63,047 nt of DNA, from the NCBI GenBank assembly GCA_013140635.1, contig JABFSM010000054.1, forward strand, positions 1-63,047, in the 5' to 3' direction. Both the position numbers and the translations under genes were made by a program. The DNA is from Gemmatimonadales bacterium. Lineage in GTDB: Bacteria > Gemmatimonadota > Gemmatimonadetes > Gemmatimonadales > GWC2-71-9. The notes beneath the pieces are model-generated. The model ran no database searches. It was not told where the DNA came from and saw nothing but the letters and a program-made list of their open reading frames with translations. Shown here one piece after another: positions 53,547-59,912 of this stretch (positions are counted from its first letter, which is position 1; each line of letters starts with the position of its first letter).

Positions 53547-54855
53547 GTCGACCTAACGCCTTTGCGGCCGCGCCCTCGCCGCTCATGAATGCCTCGTCGG
53601 TCCAGAGGTACCCCCAGTCGCCATACCGCCCGCAATAGCCGATGCCGACCTCGTCGAGGTATCCATGCACCACGGCGAGCGCGGGCGCCCGCTCGAGATC
53701 GAAGATGATATTGGCGTACTCCACGACCTGGGCGTGCCGGAGCACGATCGTATCGTCCTGGCGAAGGATGCCGCAACGCACCAGCCCGTCGATCGTCGAC
53801 TGGATCAACGACTCCGGACTCACGCGGAGGGGCCGGTACTTCTTCGAGAAATAGATCTCGGACTGAATGCTGGACATGCCCTCCGGCACCGTGTGCAGCG
53901 ACATGTTCCGGGGAAAACTGACTCGGCTGAACGGAAACTCCTCTTCGTAGAAGTAGGTCCAGCTCGAGGTCGAGACATCGGGGCGGGCCACGCCCAGGTT
54001 GACCAGCACCACGGTGGTACAGGCCAGCCGGGCGGCCGCTTCGCGAACCTCGCGTGGCGCACCGTCGATCATGGGGATCAAGTCGGGAAGCGGCACCGAC
54101 GAAATCAAATGATCGTAGTCGACGGCTCGGCCATTCGCGAAATGGGCGCGGCGCGCCTTCGGCTCGATCCGAATCAACTTGTGCCGCAGGTGGATGTCGC
54201 AGCGCTCGTGAAACCGGCGCAAGAATTCGGCGAACCCGTTCTTCTTGGGGTATCGATAGTCCTGGACGTAGTGGATGTTGGGCGGATTCGAGACAAGCGC
54301 CCCGGTCAGGATCTCCTCCAGCTTGGCCTGGTACAGCCGGGGGCCCACCCACTCCGTGCTCATGTTGGCGGCATCGGTCGTATGGTACTTCCTGGTGTAC
54401 TGCATCGGGAAGGTCTCGGCGTAGCTTCGGCCGTATCCCGCCACGAGCCAATCTTCGTAATTGCGGATTTCCACCGGCGCTCCCTGGCGGGCCGCCACGA
54501 AGTCGGCGATGACCTTCACGACGAGCTCCTCCGGGAGACCCCGAAGATTGGTGATCACCGGATGGGTGACCCAATGGCCTCGCCAGTAGTTGTCGATTCG
54601 GGCATCGATGGTTTCGTACTCGCCTCCGAGATTCGCAAGCAGGAGGTCCTTGATGCGCTGATCCTTCGTGAAGGAGACGTGAGGGCCCTCGTCGAAAATG
54701 AAGCCGTTCACCGTATGCGAGGCGGTGTGGCCGCCGGGATAGTCCAGTTGGTCGAAGAGGGCAGGCGTCAGCCCCTCGGCCTGGAGAAGATGCGCCGCGC
54801 CCAGAGCACCCATTCCGGTGCCCATGATCACGATTCGTGGGGCTGTTCCTCGCAT
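53536..54855 (-). CDS. FAD/NAD(P)-binding oxidoreductase (amine-oxidase / UDP-galactopyranose-mutase-like)
   Basis: ATG at 54855. Motif: RIVIMGTGMGALGAAHLLQAEGLTPALFDQLDYPGGH (GxGxxG + dinucleotide fold). About 439 aa. Confidence 0.7.
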   Translation of the reverse strand: MRGTAPRIVIMGTGMGALGAAHLLQAEGLTPALFDQLDYPGGHTASHTVNGFIFDEGPHVSFTKDQRIKDLLLANLGGEYETIDARIDNYWRGHWVTHPVITNLRGLPEELVVKVIADFVAARQGAPVEIRNYEDWLVAGYGRSYAETFPMQYTRKYHTTDAANMSTEWVGPRLYQAKLEEILTGALVSNPPNIHYVQDYRYPKKNGFAEFLRRFHERCDIHLRHKLIRIEPKARRAHFANGRAVDYDHLISSVPLPDLIPMIDGAPREVREAAARLACTTVVLVNLGVARPDVSTSSWTYFYEEEFPFSRVSFPRNMSLHTVPEGMSSIQSEIYFSKKYRPLRVSPESLIQSTIDGLVRCGILRQDDTIVLRHAQVVEYANIIFDLERAPALAVVHGYLDEVGIGYCGRYGDWGYLWTDEAFMSGEGAAAKALGRRAA

Positions 54856-54898
54856 CCGCTCGCTCCGGAATAGTATATATAGATTCCGAGACATCGGT

Positions 54899-54913
54899 GC
54901 AACAAGCGTACCG
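54899..54913 (-). promoter_or_regulatory. Candidate sigma-54 promoter facing the oxidoreductase/GT-like pair
   Basis: The minus strand reads CGGTAC-GCTTG-TTGC(AC). It has the same -24 hexamer as the wzc site. It lies ~45 nt upstream of the ATG at 54855, which argues against the longer 54894 start. Confidence 0.45.
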
Positions 54914-54961
54914 CGAGGGGTGGTAGCCTAACGAAATTGGGGATCGATCGGTCCGGCGGTG

Positions 54962-55009
54962 CGGAAAACAGCGATGGCCGGAAGCCCCGCACCGCGGGGG
55001 TTCCCGGCC
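54962..55009 (-). terminator. Likely intrinsic terminator of the outer-membrane protein gene
   Basis: A long imperfect hairpin GGCCGGAAGCCCCGC-acc-GCGGGGGTTCCCGGCC (54976-55009). On the minus strand it is followed by ...CTGTTTTCC. Confidence 0.5.
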
Positions 55010-55041
55010 ATCCTACGACCGACGGAGGGCTCGGCGGAGAA

Positions 55042-55731
55042 TCAGTACCCGCCGCCCTTGATCTCCTGTTTGGTGCTTCCGAGCGAAAAGCGGAGGCCGC
55101 CCATGATCGAGTGCCCGGTGCCGCGGAGGAGATTGCCCTCGCTGGGCGACGAACTGATCTGATACTGCCCGAACGCCGCGAGACGGCCAACCCGGAATTG
55201 GACCCCTGCCAGGAACGACATGAACCCGGTGGCCGATTTCTCGTGGGCGTCATCGGCGCTCGCCGCCGCGTCGGCGGGGGAGGTAAAGACATCATCGACT
55301 TGTGGGCTCACCACCTGGAGGAAGCCGAAGCCGACGCCGAGGTAGGGCTCCAACGAGCCGCGCACCGGATAGCCGGTGAGGCTAAAGCCGTAGCGGCGAA
55401 GGCGGTCAAAGGTCACCGCGCGGGTCACCCCGGCGTTGGAATCGACAAAGGCGCTCGATTCGTTGTTTCCGAACGCCTCGTCGACGCCGATGATCAGGCC
55501 CCCGCGGCGGGAAACGATCGAGAGGTGCGCGCCGAACGCCGGAAGACCGGTCCGGGTCTGGGCCTGAGTCTCGAAGATCATCGCGCCGGTCTGGGCCCCG
55601 AAGAACCACTTGAACCGATTGTCTCGGATCTCTGCGACGGGCGCGTCGGAGCGCACCTGTTGCGCGGCGGTCGGCCCGGCGACGGCGAACGCCGACGCGA
55701 CGAGCGCGAAGACTCGGGAAGAGAAGCGCAT
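55042..55731 (-). CDS. Outer-membrane beta-barrel protein (OmpA-like/OMP_b-brl type)
   Basis: ATG at 55731. Signal peptide MRFSSRVFALVASAFAVAGPTAAQQ. Alternating-hydrophobicity strands, and the C-terminus ends in aromatic ...GGGY. Confidence 0.7.
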   Translation of the reverse strand: MRFSSRVFALVASAFAVAGPTAAQQVRSDAPVAEIRDNRFKWFFGAQTGAMIFETQAQTRTGLPAFGAHLSIVSRRGGLIIGVDEAFGNNESSAFVDSNAGVTRAVTFDRLRRYGFSLTGYPVRGSLEPYLGVGFGFLQVVSPQVDDVFTSPADAAASADDAHEKSATGFMSFLAGVQFRVGRLAAFGQYQISSSPSEGNLLRGTGHSIMGGLRFSLGSTKQEIKGGGY

Positions 55732-56055
55732 TGAGACTGCCTCCAAACGGGAAGTCGGTGCCCTTCAACTATGGCTGCTGCAACAACTTGGTGGCAATGA
55801 GGCTAGCAAACCCCGTGCTCGGACAGCTGGGTGTCGCAAACTTGTCAGGTCGGTAGTGCGCCGGGTGGTGGCATGGTCAATTCAGTGATGTTAAGTAGTT
55901 GTATTTCAAATGCTTACGGCCAGCCCCATCCGCGGCTGCCACCGCAACCACATGATCCCCGGACCTCGGCCCGACTCTCCCGGGCTTCTGAAACGCATCC
56001 TTTCGGCAAAAGACGATACGGCTGAGTGGGGCTGAATGTCCCCGGGGTCTTCCGG

Positions 56056-57009
56056 TCACCTGCGGGCGAGTTCTACCAGAAGATCGGGCCTCTCGAAGAG
56101 ATCTGGGCCGAGTGTGAGATGGTAGCAGCGCGCCTGGTTTGCCAATCGCCCGAGGGCGTCGAGGTGTTCCTGGGAGTGCACCGGCTCGTACAGTACCCAC
56201 TGCGACCACTTTACCAGGCCCGCGAGCACGTCGCGAGGGGCCATAGGTGCCAGTTCGGTTTGCTCGCCGATCGTCGGGAAGGCGATAATCTCAGGGAGGA
56301 TCTCCGGAACCCAATGTCCACCGAGCTCCTCAGGCCAGTACCCCTCCTTTGCCCGCTCCGGCAGGGGCAGGCCCCCTTTCGCCCCTAGTAGGCTTCGACC
56401 ACCGCTCCGAAGCGCGATTCTCGACCGGAACCCCATGACGGCGATCTTCCGGCCATGCGCCGCCAGGAACCCGATGTCGTCGGTTCCGATACCCCAGCCC
56501 CGCGAAGCGACGAGCGCCGTGGTGGTGGACTTTCCGCAGTTCGAATCGCCGGCAATGAGCCAACCGTGGCCTTCGGGGTCGCGGAGGGCCGCCCCGTGCA
56601 CGTGATACCAGCCAAGCCGCCGGAGCACGAAGACGAGGACGACGAGCAGGAATGTCCTCGCGGCCTCGGCGATGTGGGGCACCGCCTCGGGGCTGAACCA
56701 GAGCGCGACCTCCGGCCGAGTTGGATGTACGACAGCCATCGCCGGCGCACTGGTCCACATCACTCTGACGGTGCCGGAGGGGGGGCCCGCTTGAATGACC
56801 ACGGTCGGTTGGCGGAGGGGTTCCCGCGTATCGCTGCCGAAGGGCGGGGTGGGAGACACGGTTACCGAAATGCGAAACCGGCCCGGCCACGCCAGCTCGG
56901 ACTCCGTAAGCCAGGCGCGCAGCCCCGCCTCGACCGCCGGGTCGGCGCAATCCAGCTCGTAGCCCCCGGCGTTGCCGGGTGAGGTCTCGACAATCTCTGG
57001 TCTGGTCAC
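56056..57009 (-). CDS. HPr-kinase-related P-loop protein (HprK-related kinase type)
   Basis: Motif: HGAALRDPEGHGWLIAGDSNCGKSTTTALVASRGWGIGTDDIGF (HprK C-terminal-domain-like P-loop). I preferred the GTG at 57009 (~317 aa) because codons upstream (57010-57225) cross low-GC sequence. An alternative start is the ATG at 57102. Confidence 0.7.
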   Translation of the reverse strand: MTRPEIVETSPGNAGGYELDCADPAVEAGLRAWLTESELAWPGRFRISVTVSPTPPFGSDTREPLRQPTVVIQAGPPSGTVRVMWTSAPAMAVVHPTRPEVALWFSPEAVPHIAEAARTFLLVVLVFVLRRLGWYHVHGAALRDPEGHGWLIAGDSNCGKSTTTALVASRGWGIGTDDIGFLAAHGRKIAVMGFRSRIALRSGGRSLLGAKGGLPLPERAKEGYWPEELGGHWVPEILPEIIAFPTIGEQTELAPMAPRDVLAGLVKWSQWVLYEPVHSQEHLDALGRLANQARCYHLTLGPDLFERPDLLVELARR

Positions 57010-57160
57010 TGGCGGTCTGGTCTGTCTCCGAGGAAGGAAGCTTCGACGTCGAATACATACTATGCAAAGACAGCGCCGGGTACCTTGCGGCCCCGGCGCC
57101 ATCCTCCCAGCACGTGCAGTCAGAATCGCGAGATCGAGTCTCCGGACTCGCGCCGGTGCG

Positions 57161-57313
57161 TTAGCACCAGCCGAAGTACCGGTACAACCAATTGCACTCG
57201 GGCGCTTGCGTCTGGCTGGTCTCACCCCCGCCCGACACGAGCGTCTGCGTCAGCACCGCCAACGCCGCTTCCTCGTGCAGGACCGGTTCAACAAACTGCC
57301 GCTTCTGCCGCAT
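57161..57313 (-). CDS. 50-aa candidate RiPP precursor peptide (lasso-type leader signature)
   Basis: I translated MRQKRQFVEPVLHEEAALAVLTQTLVSGGGETSQTQAPECNWLYRYFGWC* myself. The Shine-Dalgarno is strong (GGAGGAAGAACC-ATG). 42 of 49 third positions are G/C, matching coding DNA here. It lies directly upstream of, and co-directional with, the HprK-like gene. Confidence 0.6.
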   Translation of the reverse strand: MRQKRQFVEPVLHEEAALAVLTQTLVSGGGETSQTQAPECNWLYRYFGWC

Positions 57314-57441
57314 GGTTCTTCCTCCAGTCCGGGGTTCCCAAGGGGATGGGTTCGTTCCTTGAGCCATCGGTGCCCCCTGGTAGTGCCACCGTCAGACGCT
57401 GTGCGAAGTCGTGCGAACCCAGCGATGGCTCCCATCAAAGG

Positions 57442-57456
57442 GCAAGTTGCAAGCCG
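57442..57456 (-). promoter_or_regulatory. Candidate sigma-54 promoter facing the precursor-like ORF
   Basis: The minus strand reads CGGCTT-GCAAC-TTGC(C) with correct GG/GC spacing. It lies ~130 nt upstream of the ATG at 57313. Confidence 0.4.
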
Positions 57457-57490
57457 GAGGATGCCGCCCGTTGTCTGCTAGATAACTCAT

Positions 57491-57515
57491 TGATTTTGCT
57501 TGATTTATCTGATTT
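57491..57515. repeat. Three phased TGATTT direct repeats in an AT-rich island
   Basis: TGATTT occurs at 57491-96, 57501-06 and 57510-15 (9-10 bp phasing). The minus strand of 57483-57495 reads AATCAATGAGTTA, which fits the IHF-type WATCAANNNNTTR pattern. Confidence 0.5.
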
Positions 57516-57624
57516 GATCGAAGTGGCTTGCGAGGGATCGAATCGGCAATCGATGACTCGGCGCAACAGCGAAGAACGGGTCAGATGGCCGATTCTTGAG
57601 GTGCCAAAACCAGCAGCGGTGGCT

Positions 57625-58824
57625 TCAGATCAGTCCGAGTTTGACACCGACGCGCTTGAAGGCCGCGAGCGCCTCGTCGAGGTCCGCCCTCGTATGCGCC
57701 GCCGAAATCTGGCATCGGACCCGTGCCGTGCCATGAGGCACAACCGGGAATCCGAAGCCGGTGACGAATACCCCCTCGTCGAGCATCATTTCACTCACCT
57801 GGATCGCGGCGGCGGTTTCGCCGATGATGACCGGAATGATCGGCGTCTCGCCGTCGAGCGGCTTGAACCCCAGGGCAAGCAACTGTTCCCGGAAGTACCG
57901 GGTATTGGTGCGGAGCCGCTCGACCCGTTCCGGGTGCGCCTCGAGGAACCGAACGCTTGCGAGCGCGCTCCCCGCGACGGTGGCGGGGAGCGCGTTGCTG
58001 AAGAGTTGGGGCCGCCCGCGCTGCGTCAGGTAGTCACAGAGCCCTTCGCTCCCCGCCACGAATCCCCCCGCGGCTCCGCCCAACGCCTTGCCCAGCGTGC
58101 TGGTGATGATGTCCACCTCGCCGACCATGCCGAAATGCTCCGGCGTGCCTCGGCCGGTCTTGCCGAGCACACCGGTGGAGTGGCTGTCGTCGACCACCAG
58201 CACCGCCCCATGTTTTCGGCAGACCTCTTTGAGGCCGGGGAGGTCGGCGATGGCGCCTTCCATCGAGAAGATGCCGTCGGTGATCACCATCTTCACCTCG
58301 CGGTCACGAGCCGCGGAGAGCTTGGCGTCGAGATCGGCGAGGTCGGCGTGTTCGTACACGCCGGTTTGACACTTGGTGATGGCCTTGGCGAGCCGGATGC
58401 CGTCGATGATCGAGGCATGGTTGAGCCGGTCGCTCAGCACCAGGTCGCGTTCGGTGAGCACGGTTCCCGGAAGGGCCTCGTTGGCGTTCCAGCAGCTCAC
58501 GAACGAGAGCGACGCGTCGGTGCCGACGAGCCGGGCCAGCGCTTCCTCGAGTTCGCGATGGATCGTGAAGGTGCCGCAGATGAAACGCACGGAGGCGGTG
58601 CCCGCCCCGTAGCGATCGAGGGCATCTTTCCCGGCGGCCACCACCTCCGGCTCGGCTGACAGGCCGAGGTAGTTGTTCGACGAGAGGATGATGACCTCGC
58701 CGCGGCCCTCCATCCGCGCTCGCGGGGCTTGTGGTCCCTCCAGGTAATTGAGCCGCTTGTACACGCCGTCCCGGCGGAACTGCTCGAGTTGCCCGGCAAT
58801 GCGAGATTCGAGGGCGTCGCTCAC
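57625..58824 (-). CDS. kbl: Glycine C-acetyltransferase (2-amino-3-ketobutyrate CoA ligase)
   Basis: Motifs YKRLNYLEGPQ, ILSSNNYLGLS and STLGKALGGAAGG (PLP Lys). 399 aa. Confidence 0.9.
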   Translation of the reverse strand: MSDALESRIAGQLEQFRRDGVYKRLNYLEGPQAPRARMEGRGEVIILSSNNYLGLSAEPEVVAAGKDALDRYGAGTASVRFICGTFTIHRELEEALARLVGTDASLSFVSCWNANEALPGTVLTERDLVLSDRLNHASIIDGIRLAKAITKCQTGVYEHADLADLDAKLSAARDREVKMVITDGIFSMEGAIADLPGLKEVCRKHGAVLVVDDSHSTGVLGKTGRGTPEHFGMVGEVDIITSTLGKALGGAAGGFVAGSEGLCDYLTQRGRPQLFSNALPATVAGSALASVRFLEAHPERVERLRTNTRYFREQLLALGFKPLDGETPIIPVIIGETAAAIQVSEMMLDEGVFVTGFGFPVVPHGTARVRCQISAAHTRADLDEALAAFKRVGVKLGLI

Positions 58825-59864
58825 TGGGCAATCTCCAGGATGACCTTCCCCGCCGAACCCTCCTTGATGACGGCAATCGCATCCGCAATCCCTTCCAGCG
58901 GGAAGCGGTGAGTCACGACGGGAAGGGGGTCGAGCTGGCCGCTACGCAGGAACCGGGTCATCTGGTGCCAGGTCGAGTACATCTTGCGGCCGGTCACGCC
59001 GTATAGCGTGAGCCCCTTGAAGATGATGTCCCGGGCGAAGTCCACCTCGGTGCTCCGGCTCGGCGTGCCCAACAGATTCACCCTCCCGCCGAGGCGGGCC
59101 GCGGCGAAGGCCTGGGCATGTCCCGCCGGATGGCCGCTCATTTCGCAGATGAGATCTACGCCAACGCCGCCCGTCAGCTCGAGGATCCGGGAGAGCACGT
59201 CGTCCTTTCCCGGATTGAGCGTCACGTCGGCGCCCATTTTCCGCGCCAGCCCCAGGCGGAGGTCGTTGTAGTCGCTCGCAACGACGAGAGAGGCTCCCGC
59301 GGCCTTGGCCACCCCGCAGGCGAAGCATCCGATTGGACCGCATCCGAGCACGAAGACCGTGCTGCCGGTGACGGCGTCCCCTTCGAGCACCGTGTGGACG
59401 GCGTTGCCGATCGGGTCCATGATCGCGCCGATGTCGACTGGAATGCCCTCGAGGGGAATCACGTTGGTCGCGGGCATGGCGATGTAGTCGGCAAAAGCGC
59501 CATCACGGTCGACGCCGATAATCCGAGTCCGGGTGCAGAGATGCCCATGCCCGGTCCGGCACTGGAGGCAATGGCCGCAGATGATGTGGCCCTCGGCGGT
59601 CACCTTGTCGCCCACCTTGAGGAGCCCTTCGGCGGCGGCTTGCGGGCCCAAATCGGCGATCTCACCGGCAAACTCATGGCCGATGACCACCGGCGGCCGG
59701 AGCCGGTTGCTGGCCCAGCTATCCCATTCCCAGATGTGGAGGTCGGTGCCGCAGACACCGGCGGCCTTCACGCGGATGAGCACGTCGCTCGGTCCGAATG
59801 TTGGAACGGGAACTTCGCGCAGCTCCATTCCGGGCCGGGGACCGGTCTTAACCAAGGCGCGCAT
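58821..59864 (-). CDS. tdh: L-threonine 3-dehydrogenase (Zn-dependent MDR)
   Basis: Motif: VLIRVKAAGVCGTDLHIWEWDSWA...GHEFAGEI. It overlaps kbl by 4 nt, the classic tdh-kbl pair. Confidence 0.9.
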   Translation of the reverse strand: MRALVKTGPRPGMELREVPVPTFGPSDVLIRVKAAGVCGTDLHIWEWDSWASNRLRPPVVIGHEFAGEIADLGPQAAAEGLLKVGDKVTAEGHIICGHCLQCRTGHGHLCTRTRIIGVDRDGAFADYIAMPATNVIPLEGIPVDIGAIMDPIGNAVHTVLEGDAVTGSTVFVLGCGPIGCFACGVAKAAGASLVVASDYNDLRLGLARKMGADVTLNPGKDDVLSRILELTGGVGVDLICEMSGHPAGHAQAFAAARLGGRVNLLGTPSRSTEVDFARDIIFKGLTLYGVTGRKMYSTWHQMTRFLRSGQLDPLPVVTHRFPLEGIADAIAVIKEGSAGKVILEIAQ

Positions 59865-59912
59865 CGACGCTCAGGGGAGTTGAGGGCGGGGGAATATAGC
59901 GGAAAGACCGGT

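Noticed and set aside
55848-55858. GGTCGGTAGTG, resembling the ops/JUMPStart element (GGCGGTAG) of RfaH-controlled polysaccharide operons.
   Set aside because: It is an imperfect match, and it lies on the plus strand between two minus-strand genes, so it is not in any leader transcript.
57010-57367. Longer versions of the kinase ORF (start 57225) and of the small ORF (start 57367) as listed in the track.
   Set aside because: The 57225 start would overlap the small ORF's 3' end and crosses low-GC sequence. The 57367 start lacks an SD, whereas GGAGG sits 7 nt before the internal ATG at 57313.
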